NCBI GenBank assembly: GCA_030704615.1
Contig: CM060732.1
Span: forward strand, 23,126,001 to 23,190,000
DNA length: 64,000 bases
Reading direction: 5' to 3'
Source: Takakia lepidozioides
Taxonomy: Eukaryota; Plantae; Bryophyta
In this document: piece by piece, positions 47,943-61,529 of the stretch
Numbering within the stretch: the stretch's first letter is position 1
Layout: every line of letters starts with the position of its first letter
The notes under the pieces: model-generated
Told to the model about the DNA's origin: nothing
Database searches by the model: none
The model's input: the letters and a program-made list of their open reading frames with translations, nothing else
Made by a program: the position numbers and the translations under genes

Positions 47943-50571
47943 AGTTTTGGGTGACCACTCCACTGTCTCTCGGACCTAAACTGTGAACATCACCTTCTTC
48001 TTTCCCTAATGCCCAAGCGATCGCCTAGCATCCATTAGAAATGAGTGCGCCACCGCACTTAGTTTCCCCGTGTCCCTCTCAGGCTTCCATTGCAGATCCT
48101 GAGGCCTCTAAGACTAACGTATTCACCTCGGCCCACAATGGAAGTGATAGAGCTCCCCTCAAAACTGAGTGCGGTGCCGCACCTAATTTTTAGGGGATCT
48201 CTCATATCCTGTCTATTCACTTGGTACGGCAGTCAAGCGAGATTCATGTAGATTGGGAGAATGATCACCTTGGGTTTCATGACATCACTTCCCGAAGCCT
48301 CTTCTTCCTGAGGCCTCACCGCCTCCTTTGGTGTCGCTTCTTTCTCAGCGACGGTGGTGTCGATGTCATGCACATTGGTCTCCGGGGCAGTCTCCTCCCC
48401 TTCCCTTCTTCCCTCCATTTGAGGCTGGACCTCCTCTGTCATCTGTTGTGATTCCTGGGTGGACGTATTCTGTGCAACCTGCTCATTAGCGTTTTGCAGA
48501 TTGCACAACTTTCTCATTTTGACTCGCGCGTTTTTCCTCTCTCTCGCACTCGTGAAGTAAAGGGACTGCCTTCTACGTCTTCTTCCTATGTCTTCTCTCT
48601 CACTCCCGCAGCTCTCCAGCTTGACTAACAACAATAGAGAAAGTAAGGAACCCTCTTAAGCCGTCAGTTATGCATGTGGTTAAGGATGTGCGTGTCTGCC
48701 TTCTAACCCCCCAAATGGATTGCTCTCACTGGCTGCGGTTTATTGGGCGACCCTATTGCCATCAATAAGGCCGTTTTCTTCAAATGTGGATGTTTGGTGA
48801 TTTGGATGAAATGTTGCGTACATGAGACATGTCATCGCCCTATCATACATGGATTTTGCCTTCTTCGAAAAGAAAACATACATAACGTCAAGAACGCCAT
48901 GTCCGCGTTCAGCGTCGGATATATCCCGGGTTCGGCACTCAATGCACTGTCCGGGTCACGTTGTGGAACGCCGTAAAACGCACATTGGATTGCCATATCC
49001 AAGACAGCGCCGTCTTTTCCCGGTGGTGTGACACTGACAAATAAACAGTTTTGTTCCCTTCTCCATCAGTTTGGCAACTGCCCAACTGTTTTTGGCAGTG
49101 TGGTTCAATACCCTTGACCGTTATTGGTTGATGTGTGGGGCCAATTGTACAACTGCCTCTTGCCTTAGCAAACATTTTTGGGATGTGGCAATCGCTTTCG
49201 GAAGGTTTTTACCTATCCATGTTGCACAGTTGTATTGGTACTCACCATCGTATCTTCACCACATGGCTTCTCCTAATGACGTGGCCTTCACCGAGTTTCA
49301 GTATATTGAAGAAGCTTGCCCTTTCAGTGCCGCGGTTGAAGATGATGGTTTTGCTGTGGTGGAGGAGCATGTTCTGGCAAGCTTGACATTTGGCTGTGTT
49401 TCTGTCGAGAAAGAGATTTATGACTTGGAGAGAAACGTTCAAAGAACGTTGTTCCAAAAACCGCATGTTGCACAGAAACACAAGGAATGGAGAGTTCTTC
49501 TTGGAAAATATCGTGTGTTCCGAAGTGAAAGAAGACAATCCGGTGGCTCCATTGTGACTCCTGGACAACTGCCTCTGTCGTTCAAGGAAAGCGGCATGTG
49601 ACTGTGAAGCAGGAGGACACCACTTCAACAACTTTTGTCACACTGTCGGATTCCTCGGATGATGAATTCGTGGAAATACAGGCTCCCATGAACCGTCTTC
49701 CTGAAGGGGACATCGATGTTCAGGAACTCGTTAGCGTCATCCCACATCTTAAAGCATTGTCAGGAAAACCAGGATCCAAAAACGAGATCGCAGGGATACT
49801 GTGGGATTCATTCGCAACAAAAGGGTTCCATTCCTTCCACCTTCCTTCGACGGTGACATCCTCTTTGAACTGAATCCACCAACTTGTGCTGGGGGTCTCG
49901 CAGGTCTCTTGCAATGAATGGATAAAAAGCATGACGGCCATCCATGGTGCAGAACCAAAACGTCCAATATCCACAACAATGTAAACTTGAAATTCAGAAG
50001 GAGCGTTTGTGTGGGGCATCTGAGATGTGTGAATGGAAGTTGCATGCGTTGCACGAAGAGCGGTGCTAAAAATGAGAGTGAGTGGGAAGGACTCTCCGAC
50101 AATCCTTCTATCCCAGGCTGTGCCCCACCGTCTGCCAGTATATTTGTTTGTAAGTTCTGCAAGGTGGCCCCCTCCTGCATTGCACATTGCCCTGCTCGCA
50201 TGTACTACGTTACTCACCATTACAAAACCATGACTCGAGCCTATATTCATTTTGGGACTCACGACCATCCTGTGTCTCACGGCGATCGCAGAGATAGTGT
50301 GGAGTTGGCGCGTGGGCTTATCGCGGAGGAGTTTGCAAAGTCCCCTTTAGCCAAACCATCTGCCATAACGCAGGCTGTCAACAAAAGTTTCATGTAGATG
50401 CACATTCTGGGGCAAGGGAGCAAATCCCGCTCAAGACTTGAGGGGGTGTCTTTGGATGCAGTGATGGATCACTTCCCCGTGTTGAGCTCCCCCAATATTA
50501 GGAATCAGGTGAATGCATTGAGAGTGCGCGGTGGAAACACAGGGTCCATCGACAGCATTATGGAGCTCAAG
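47943..50571 (+). mobile_element. MULE copy 2, internal 2.6-kb segment inverted relative to the rest of the copy
   Basis: Direct match to 22179-24821 (two palindromes at 48042 and 48166, orphan gene, transposase N-terminal half). Confidence 0.93.
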
Positions 50572-51319
50572 CCCACCCTTTATCATTCCTGACATGACGT
50601 GGCGCTGACACGTCGGCCGGCAGTATGAAACACCTTGCAGTACATATGATTCTTGATATTGTTTGCACGGATTATTTGTGTTTGTGCTTTCAAGTGGCGA
50701 ACATTTCCGCCATGGTGCGGAAGACGTGCATTGGCCACATTAAACAGTTGATGTGATACCATTTCACAAATGTATCACATCGCATTTGTGAAAATGTATC
50801 ACATGAACCGTTCCATGTGGCCTACGGGAGTCTTCGATGGGTGCGAGATCAATGTGACCTACGAAATCTGCTTCCACCAACAAACATGTGATCATTTCAG
50901 AAGCGCTAGAACTTTGAAGCGACGATGGGCAAGGTTCTTCATCCAGATGTTCAACATGCTGAGGTCTTCTGTAATGTCTCTTGCTTCGTAATGAGGTGCT
51001 TCTCCCACTCTTATTTTTCAATGTTAATATCTTCCATCTGGAACATATCCACACATGCGTATATAACTTAAAAAACCAAATGACCATCAAAACTGGAAGC
51101 TGGGGATGAGGCTTATAAAAGTTGAGATGGTCATTTGTTTTTTAAGGATTTCTACAAACATATGTGGATCTGTTCCAGGTGGAGAATATTATCATATTGG
51201 ATAAAGAGGACATGGAGAAGCACCGCATTACGAGGCATGAGACACTACAAAAAAGAGCTTCAAAGGCATACCATATAATAGGAGGTCCCGTATAATCGAA
51301 GACGAAACCCCATTCATTC

Positions 51320-53700
51320 AATGGGTTATTGAATGGTTTGCCCATCCAAGATTTTCGTTTGCTTTCAATCTTTGCCACTATGTTCAACATACCATGTATC
51401 AGGTCCCGGACTAATATCAGATCAATCGAAATTCATGCAATGGCTCAACGGATGGTTGGCCATCGAAATGATTTTGTTTCGCTTTGAGACTTGGCCACTA
51501 TGTTCAATGTGTCATGTAAGAGGCCCCAGAGTAATATGAGATCAATCGAAATTCATTCAATGGGCCAACGGATGGTTGCCCATCCAAATGATTTTCGTTC
51601 GCTTTTGAAAACTTGGCCAGTGTGTTCAATGTACCCTCTGATAGTCCCAGTGTAATACGAAATCAATCGAAATCGTTCGATTGTCCAAGAGGCGTTCACT
51701 TTTCATCTGGTTTTTGTTCAATGCGAAAAAAAAAATCCTACAATGCGTGCACGGCTATTGCACCCATTGAACGGATGTGGTTGAAGCCCCTCTTTTACCC
51801 GCATGTGCTTGAACATGTGTGCGACACATGTGCGGAGACACAACAGACGAATAAATCATTTGCCTCCCCATCGACGCGCTTCCCCCTCAAGCCATTCCAC
51901 AATTTAATTAAATTTAAGTTTATTTTTTAGCCAATAATAGGTTTGGCACTAACCTTTCAGTGGGGGTTTCTGGCACGTATCGATTTTTTTTTTTGGCTCA
52001 ATTTTTGTTCTGCGGCTTCCCGCAATCCCCGGCTACTCCCACTCCCCGCCCAAATTGGACCAATAAAAAATGCCCAAAAAAAAAGTGTTCTCTTCGCTCA
52101 CTATTGCAGAACTCTTTATGAAGAGTGCATGAAGTAGAATACAAATCAAGTTTGGAGTGCAAAACAGGAAAGGGTTTTGGGTCCAAATGAATTTTGATCA
52201 CTCCCAAATTTGGCACGCACGTTTGCATATGGCTACAATTACACGCCCCATTCAAAAAACAGAATGAAAAAAAAATCTGAGCAACGCGAACACAATCCAA
52301 CAGGTCCCAAAACAATAGCAGCTCCAACAGAATACATTCAACGGATGAACTGATTTGTTTGGCCCATCCAAATCATTTTTGTTAGCTTCCAAACTTTGCA
52401 AGCACGTTCCAGACACCCTCTCACAGGTCCCGGACTAATATCAGATCAATCAAAATTCATTCGATGGCTCAACGCATGGTTGGCCATCAAAATGATTTTG
52501 GTTCGCTTTGAGACTTGGCCACTATGTTCAATGTCCCATGTAAGAGGCCCCAGAGTAATATGACATCAATCGAAATTCGTTCAATGGGCCAACGGATGGT
52601 TGCCTATCCAAATGATTTTCGTTCGCTTTGAAAACTTGGCCAGTGTGTTCAATGTACCCTCTGATACGTCCCAGTGTAATATGAGATCAATCGAAAATCG
52701 TTCGATTGTCCAATGAGGCGTTCACTTGTCATCTGGTTTTGTTCAATGCGAAGAAAAAAATCCTACAATGCGTGCACGGCTATTGCACCCATTGAACGGA
52801 TGTGGTTGAAGCCCCTCTTTTGCCCGCATGTGCTTGAACATGTGTGCGACACATGTGCAGAGACACAACAGACGAATAAATCATTTGCCTCCCCATCGAC
52901 GCGCTTCCCCCTCAAGCCATTCCACAATTTAATTGAATTTAAATTTATTTTAAACCAATAAATAGGTTTGCACTGCCTTTCAGTGGGGGTTTCTGGCACG
53001 TATCGATTTTGTTTTGGCTCAATTTTGGTTCTGCGGCTTCCAGCATCCCACGGCTACTCCCCTGCCAAAATTTGGACCAATAAAAAATGCCCAAAAAAAA
53101 AAGTGTTCTCTTCGTTCACTATTGCAAAACTCTCTATGAAGAGTGCATGAAGTAGAACACAAATCAAGTTTGGATTACAAAACTGGGAAGAAACTGTGGT
53201 TTTGGGTCCAAATGAATTTTGACCGCTCCCAAGTTTGGCACGCACGTTGCATATGGCTACATTACACGCCCCATTAAAAAACGGAATGAAAAAAAAATCG
53301 TGAGCACGCGAAACACAGTCCAACAAGTCCCAAAGCAATAGCAGCTCCAACAGAATACATTCAACGGATGAACGGATGGTTGCCCATCCAAATCATTTTT
53401 GTTAGCTTCCAAACTTTGCCAGCACGTTCCAGACACCCTCTCACAGGTCCCGGACTAATATAAGATCAATCGAAATTCATTCGATGGCTCAATGGATGGT
53501 TGGCCATTGGTTCACTTTGAGACTTGGCCACTATGTTCAATGTGCCATGTAAGAGGCCCCAGAGTAATATGAGATCAATCGAAATTCGTTCAATGGGCCG
53601 CCCATCCAAATGATTTTCGTTCGCTTGGAAACTTGGCCAGTGTGTTCAATGTACCCTCTGATATGTCCCAGTGTAATATGAGATCAATCGAAATTATTTT
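51320..53700. repeat. ~1.02-kb tandem duplication (about 2.3 copies) built partly from ~120-bp subrepeats
   Basis: caggtcccggactaatat occurs at ~51400, ~52425 and ~53444; gatcaatcgaaattc and acttggcca recur every ~120 bp. Confidence 0.9.
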
Positions 53701-54143
53701 GTGCTTTGAGAACTTTGTGGGTATGTTCGTAGAAAGATCATAGATTTTGCGAAATGATTATGAAATACGCAGGGACCAGGCGAAATTTGTTTGGAAGAGG
53801 ACCGTTCATAACTCGTTATAATTTATTTGTTAGCATCAATTTTCTTTGTTCTCCAGCTTTCGGAGTTCATTGCAAATACCCATATACACGTCATGACCAA
53901 ATATGACACCATTGTAAATTTGTTTACAGGGTGAACTACTTCTTCCCCATCACACGAGTGTAAATGTGAAGAAAACGCTGCTCATGCAATTGAAATTGGC
54001 AGGTGCCGCACATGTGCATTGTGTATTAACAAAATTGGTGATATACAAACTTGGCGGAATGTCATCACTGTGTTTTCCAACAATATTCAAGGTACAACAA
54101 AAATGCATATTGTATATGTACTATGCTGCCAGTCATTCAAAGC

Positions 54144-56475
54144 CTAGTCGTCACTGTCCGAGGATGTGGAATTTGATGCTATGGCCTGATTTGCACTGCC
54201 AATTGCCAGAGCTTGCGACCGTGATCTCGTGGTCAATGAGGGGCCCAATGGCATGTGATCAATTATGGCCTGCACCCGCCTACTTCGCGGCGAAAGTTGA
54301 CTTTTTTCTTCACTTTCACGACGTGGCGGAGGTGGATCGAGAACAAGTGCTCGGGCTGCATGCAAATCGGCAACGAGGCCGTCCACATCCGGCAATACAG
54401 CCCCCGAAACACGATGATAACGATCTGTCCATAATCGCCTTCATTTCTCTACAACTGTCTTGATGGTACTTTTGAAACTTTCCAACTGCCTCTCGCGGGC
54501 CCCGTCCCTAATCATTGTGTCGTTTCGACGATAAGCCGCCTCGTACGCATCATTCATTCGGCGTTGACATATTATAACATCTTTCAGTTCGGACAGCAAC
54601 AAATGTCTCCCAATCGGTTGTCGGTTATACAATTCGTTCTCCTCCGGCACCCATGAGACCTGTGGGAGCCGGATAAACCTGGACCTTCTTTGACTTCAAT
54701 GCCCTCCCAGATTGCGGCAAAACTGCTCTCTCTCCCACCAATCTCGAATACCTCCCGCACGTATGGTTATCTCCCAATCAGATGTGACCCAGAAATATTG
54801 GGGATCTTTGATGTATGCCGGGTTTCCGGCATGTATGCCATGCATCTCTCTGTCTGCATCCCATACCAAGTTCTTGCCCCAATGCACACAATTCAGAAAT
54901 GTGTGCATCCAATGAGAGGTTGTGTCGATTGTATTCAAAACCTATGGGCATCCAATCCTCCAAGCCCACCAGCTCATAGAAACGGCGATGGATTGGTGTA
55001 CGACATTCTGGGCAATCGCTCGTCCGCAAGGCTTGCGGGATAAGACATGTGAGATGGAACATATGTCCACATGATCCAAGCACATGACATCCCTCTGGAC
55101 CGTATGGATTCCTACACATCGAACAAACTGTGCCATCTGATATCCATGACGGCAAAATGCCTCGTGGTACCTCCTCCCTCTGGGCCGGTTTGATGTGGCT
55201 GGTCATCCTTCTTGTGGTGTCCCACTCTTCCTCTATCTCCAATTCCCAGTTTATGCTTCTGTTCGACCCCAAAATTCTGTGCTCATATCGATCGAACATA
55301 GAATCCACATCTGCCCAATTGGTATACCCGACGAACGCGCTTGATGCGATGTGGAGATCGTTATATCTTTGCATGTTGGTATAAATGCTATCCACGCTAC
55401 GGTTCGACATGCGTGCGACACGTTGCAAGCCTGACAGCGCCCGCTCTACCCGTGCTTCTTTGGAGGCCAAATGGGTCGCCCATTGTACCCAATTCTTCCA
55501 ATCGCCATTCAATAGGACCCATGCCTGAATCTCCAGCGTTTTGGACAAACGCCATGCAGTTGTCATGGCAATGTCCTGCTCATTTGTAACGCGGTCGACA
55601 TCTAATATCGGGTTCATCTCCGATTGAATGGCGACCCTCGAGCATTCCCCGGTTTCCAGTACTGGTTCTTTTTCTTTCCTCCTTCTCTCATCCGCAATTC
55701 GTTGTTCCTCAACCATGGTTTCATCGGCCACAGGGTCAAGGACGTCCGTAACTTCCTGAATGATGAGGTCAATACTGCGATCGGGCATGGCAAACTCCGC
55801 GTCCATGTCCACGACGTTTGTTCGATCCTCATTGTGGACAAGAGTGCCTTCATTGTTTGGAGGCATGTCTTGCAATGTAGCTTCCAACTCGGCTATGCGC
55901 AGTGTTTGCCAGTCTAGTCGGTCCTGCAGGGTCCTGATTCGTTGGTCTCTTTCCGCCAGTTGTTTATTTAACGTTGCAGCCGGTTGTATTCCGAACGTGT
56001 CTGGGATGTACTCCTAATCGTATAGCAACCTTGCGTTCCTCATACTAGCAGTTTACCAATTCACTGGACGCAAGAGTATGACCTCCACGTACAACATGGC
56101 TGCCAAGGTGTACGGGATTTGACCATTTAAGAGAGGTTGACCCCACAATGTGCAATGCACCTCATTCGCCCTATGCTGGAAATGATCGTTTGTGCAAGAC
56201 CTGGACTCTGCGTAATTGTTTCGGGTTTGCACGTCATGCCTATCCAAAGGCCACAATCGATTGATATGGTACCATTTCACGAATTTTTTGCATCTCGCCA
56301 TCAGCCACCGGAACTCTTCCGGAACATCCTCCCAACCATCTTCTGTTAGTATGCTAGGGTCACCAAATACTTCCCAATTCAAGTCTTGCCTTGACCCTTT
56401 GATTTTCTTAGGGGGCGGTCCATGTTCATTGGGGTCATCTCTTCCATGACGGTCATCGTCCTGGCCCTCTGCCAT
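54144..56475 (-). pseudogene. Accessory gene encoding a coiled-coil + RING-H2 finger protein
   Basis: ORFs 56053-56475 and 54778-55887 are in the same frame. RING-H2: CSMC...CGHMFHLTC...CPEC. NLS-like PPPKKIK. Stops and frameshifts are present. Confidence 0.75.
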
Positions 56476-56849
56476 TCTACAACAATCGGAGCAACACTAA
56501 ACGAGGTTTTCTAAAAAGACATAACTCTAAACCCTTCCCTCGTTAAGTAGGTTTGAGTAGGTGTCAAAATACTTCCTAAAAGCTAATTTTGTAGAATAAA
56601 ATGATCCTGGAAGCCAGAGGAGGGCCTATGGGAGCATTCTACAACGACCTCACAGAAATCGCGGCAAAAAATACCCCCCACCCAACCAATGGCCTCCTTC
56701 TCCACGTGACTACGTGACGTGGAATAATGAAATGCCACGCACACAGAAGTTGTCTGGAGAGGAAGTGAGAGGAGAATAAGCCTCCCTTGGCTTATATCCC
56801 CCCCCCCCGCCCTCATTTCTCGGGCCACGTGCAGGGCGAATCTTCTAGA

Positions 56850-57835
56850 AGCGACTGCCAACTTGGCGGTCATTCGATTTTCCGGAAAATAAAAAAATAA
56901 GCGACCGCCAGAACTGGCGGTCGCTCCATTCTCCGGGAAAAAAAAAAAAAAAAAAAACGACCGCCACAATAGGTGGTTGCTCCATTTTCCGGAAATAAAA
57001 AAAATAAGCGACCGCCAACATAGGCGGTCGCTTCATTTAAAAAATAAAAAATAAAAAATCGACCGCCAACATTGGTGGTCGCTTCATTTAAAAATAAATA
57101 AATAAAATAAGCGACCGCCAGCATTGGCGGTCGCTTCATTTTCAAAACATTTAGAATAAATAAGCGACCGCCAACATAGGCGGTCGCTTCATTTTCAAAA
57201 ACTTAAAATAAAAAAGCGACCGCCACATAGGCGATCGCTTCATTTTAAAAAAATTAAAAAAAGTAAGCGACCGCCGACATAGGCGGTCGCTTCATTTAAA
57301 AAAAAATTTAAAAAAAATAAGTGACCGCCAGCATAGGCGGTCGCTTCATTTTCAAAACATTTAAAATATATAAGCGACCGCCAACATAGGCGGTCGCTTC
57401 ATTTCCAAAATAATTAAAATAAAAGCGACCGCCAGTAATGGCGGTCACTGCATCTTAAAAAATAACCATCACAGCGACCGCCAGAAATGGCGGTCGCTGC
57501 ATTTTGTAAAACACAAAACTGCCAGTAATGGAAGTGAGGGGAGAATGACTGGGGGCTTATATGCCCCCCCCCCCCGCCTCATTCCTTGCTCCACGCGCAG
57601 GGCAGACCTCGTAGAAGCGACCGCCACCATGGCGGTCGCTCCATTTCGCCAAAAAAAGAAAAAAAACGACTGCCAGTAATGGCGGTCGCTGCATTTATAA
57701 AAACAAAAAAAAAACTTCAAGCGAAGTGAGGGGAGAATGTCCCGGAGCTTATATGCCCCCCTCCCCCCCGAATCACTCCTAGCTCCATGCGCAGGTCACA
57801 CTTAGTAGAAGCGACCGCCACCTTGGCGGTCGCTC
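56850..57835. repeat. Array of AGCGACCGCCA-N3/4-TGGCGGTCGCT palindromes separated by A-tracts
   Basis: About 16 copies, with a ~52-bp period across 56850-57500. Confidence 0.95.
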
Positions 57836-58854
57836 CATTTAAATAAAAATGAATGCACAGTTGGAAGCATGGCACAATTGTTCTCCATTCCACAAGCAAA
57901 TCACCGAACACAAACATGAGCAAGTGACGGTGCATTTGGCCGACATTTTGGCTGGTATACACATGGGCAACATCTTTTATTTTTCAACACATACACAACA
58001 ACAATACAAATACTCATAATGACAATGATCACATTGGTATTACTTCAGTACAGAAATATAAACATGTCCACTAAAAAGTGCGGATGCATGCCTACAGCTG
58101 TTTTGCTTCAATTCCTTCTACTGCTTCGACGGCGGAACGAAGAAGATCCTAATCCTAATGCTCCGATGGGTTGAAAATCCGGGTCACCCTCGACTTCACC
58201 ACCGTTGCCATGATCAGTGCTCGAATCGTCCTCCCTATCCGACCTCATATGTCCAGGCCTTTGAATCTGCAAGCGACCTCGAACCACATTTAGTTTTATC
58301 TGAGGTCGACTGCCGTTCCGGTCCTGAATACCATCCACGGTATCTGGCCTGTTTGTTGGCCGATCGCCTACAAAAGGTTGGATTGTTCTCTGTCGTTTAT
58401 GGACTTGGGACGCAATCGAAGGTGGTCTCGAAGGAGGTACCGCCCGAGATGGACCGACATTAGATGGTCCAGCATGTGAGGAACCACGGGTCTGCTACGC
58501 AACACGTCGGTTAAGGTGGAATTGTAGTGGCAGGTTCTCATCATCCGAGGCTTCAACTTCCGCCCGGTCCTATGCAGCAGAATGATGCATGCGTGTGGAA
58601 AACAGATCAACCATATTGATCCTTAATGCCCGCTCTGTTGATTGGGAGCTGGATCGATTTTGGCATTGTGGTGGAGCTGGTCGTATCGGTGAGGCATGAT
58701 CCCGTCCCGTCGACTGTACAATGGGTTCGACACCATCGTTTGAATGAACAGGGTTGCGTACGTCGATCGGTCCTGACAGTACATCATCCCTAGCTCCATT
58801 GGGGCACTACCGGTGGCTTCAGCGTGTAGTGGGAGGCGAGGGTCGATCCCAACT

Positions 58855-61098
58855 TCATTTTGAGAACCATGTTCTGGGGATGACACAAATTGCAGCTTCA
58901 CCTTCATCTGCGATATGCACTTTTTCAAGAAGGTCATCAAAGGTCGGCTGGATATAAGCATCCTCCTCTGTGAATGTAAACGGGTCATACGCATTTTCGG
59001 GAGCATCATCGGATCCATCTTCACTATCGGAGGCAGATGATTCCCTCTGAGATGATTCTCTCTGAGGCTCAGTATCGTCACTTATCGAATCAGCCTCAGA
59101 AGCAGAGTCTTCGGAATGCAAATTCCTCTCATACCATGCTGCAGCATCATCCGCTGCCCTCTCACGTAGCAGTCGACAATTGATATACACATACATCAAT
59201 TTGTCAGCCCTCGTGGGATTCAACCTGTTGCGAATCTTGTTGTGAATAAATGAGAAACTGCTCCAATTGCGTTCGCAAGATAAGACAGAGCACACTTGAG
59301 CAAGAATACGTTTCGCAATGGGAGCCAATGTTCTTGCTCCAGCTCCAATCAGATCCCACCATTTATGTGGCAGCATATTGAGCTCTTTTGGATCCGGCAT
59401 GTCCTCAAAAGGGTCGCGGCGATCTAAGAAGCATCAGTACTCGGATATAGCTCTCTCTGCATGGTTCGGCGGAGCCAGTCGCATGAGCACTCGCACGAGG
59501 TCGGCCTTGGCATCAGCGTCGTCTCGGATCATGGTATTGTCGAGCAAGAATGGATTGAGCAAAGCCCCCGCATAATGCAAGTCCGTTCGAACCATCGAAT
59601 GACGGTCGTAAAATGCATCCTCAGCACTGTCCGCAAGTTCAGGTTCCAAGGAGAAGGGAGGATGCCTCAAGGATTGGACGTGCTTCTCAAGATTTTGCAT
59701 TAGTAACCATGCCTTGCCCATTACTGGTTGTTTTCCATCAAACTCCCGCAAGACGATTAACACCGGCTCAACCATATAAACAAAGTTTTCACATTTCTTC
59801 CAGAAATCATCGCTGCGAATGCTATTTCGAACTTTTCGACTTTTGCCCAATGACTTGGTTTTTCTGGAGTCCTATAATGTCCGTGTGTACGCATCCCATT
59901 GAGGATCGATGATGGTGTGCTCCAGACTGCTCTTCACCGTCACCAACCGATCCACCATCAAGAAGTTAGTGACAAAACGAGTTTCGCCTGGATTGCGGAG
60001 GCTGTATTTGGGTTCGTGCCTCCTATATATTGTCAAAGGGATGTGATGTGTGCGGATGAACGACACAACAGTCTTTGCTCGCCTGACAAGTTGTTTCACC
60101 CACTGTTCTTTTCCCCAATCTTCCAAAAGAAGGTCAAGGATATGAGCAGCACAACCTTGATAGTACATATGGGGATAACGTGCCAACAACATGTCTGCAG
60201 TGTTTCTCATGTTAGCGGCATTGTCTGTGCATATTTGCACGATTCTATCACTTCCGACCTGTTCGATGAAGTCCGTCAATAGTTGACATTGATAACATCC
60301 ATCTTTCTTCTCGCCGCTAGTGTTGACCGATTCCAAGAATTATTGCCCAGCTGGACATACGAGCATGACATTGAACAACGGTCTGTTTGTGACAGAACTC
60401 CAACCATCGGCACATATAGTGCTTCCATATTTTCTGATACACTCGCATGTCCTATCGTTGACCGTTTAGGTAAGCTCGGTCATGCCGTCTTCTAGCAATC
60501 CTCTGCGGAGATTGTGATAAGTCAAAGGCACGTACATGGATCTGGACTCCGAGGTTGCTCTAACAGCAGAAACAAATGCCGGAAGCCTTGCCACATTAAA
60601 TGGTATGTTGGCCTTGAAGAAAAACTGCGCCCATTTTTTATCCAACTGTCTTTTCGCAGATAAGTTAAGACCTTCTTGCATGGATTGCTGCCGTAATCCT
60701 CTACTCCGTTGAAGTGTATGGGTACAAAGAGGTGTTGAAGCAGGTGTTGCTCCGGCACAACCCACTTGTCCAAGAACACCCGAAGCCTCACAAGAGTCAA
60801 CCTGGGTACTAATCGGGGCATCCTAACGGGAAGATGGAGTGTTCTGCTCAAAGGTCATGTTCAGATCCAAAGACATTAGAATATTGTCTCCACACTGAGC
60901 AAAATGGTTTTTTACTCGCATAGATGATTTGGGGCATAAACCCACCCCAGCGCTCTTCACAACTTTATAGCCGAGGTGAGCGAGCAACCGATCCTTACGA
61001 TAAGAAAGCTTTAATCCACATAGGTTGCACTCAACACTACCAGTGGCACTGATAGTGTTTGAGATTGCCGTGTACCAAGGGATTCATTCCTCCCTCAT
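58855..61098 (-). pseudogene. hAT-family (BED finger + DUF659 + hAT dimerisation) transposase
   Basis: VECNLC...LLAHL; ICADGW; QICTDNAAN; GCAAHILDLLLED; PGETRF; WWDLIG...AKRILAQVCS..SCERNWS. Stops and frameshifts are present, and a low-complexity tail may extend to ~58108. Confidence 0.9.
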
Positions 61099-61529
61099 CT
61101 TCACCCAATATCCACTCCCCTGGGACCTAGCGATGCAAGCAACAAAAAACAGTCACCTATAAATGAACGTGTTGTGAATGTAGAGTGCAATGCGATAGCC
61201 CAACACTTCTACACATGTCAGCAACCTAAGTGGGTCAATGTGGGTTGTAGTGTTGAGCTTATACACAATCTGCTGAAGTGGCTTTGGTGGAAGCTACAAC
61301 GGCAAAAGGTGCGCACCTTCCTTTTGGGCTACACTCTCGTTCAATGGAAGAGAACATCCAAAACAACCTCAAGTGTTTGCGCCAAAAGAAGTGATGAGCT
61401 TGGTGACCCTCCTCCCTTATATATGATCCAAGAGGGATGAAAGTGAAATGAAAGTGAAATGAATAAATTACGAACCAATAGCGCCCACCCAAAAAAGGTT
61501 GTACAACAATATTTGTTGTAATTTTGAAA

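Noticed and set aside
51613-53350. Duplicated short ORFs (e.g. KKSYNACTAIAPIERMW)
   Set aside because: They arise from the 1.02-kb tandem duplication, have no recognisable domain, and their frames are not conserved at the ends.
56850-57500. CRISPR-like 52-bp periodic palindromes
   Set aside because: The spacers are low-complexity A-tracts rather than unique sequences, and there are no cas genes.
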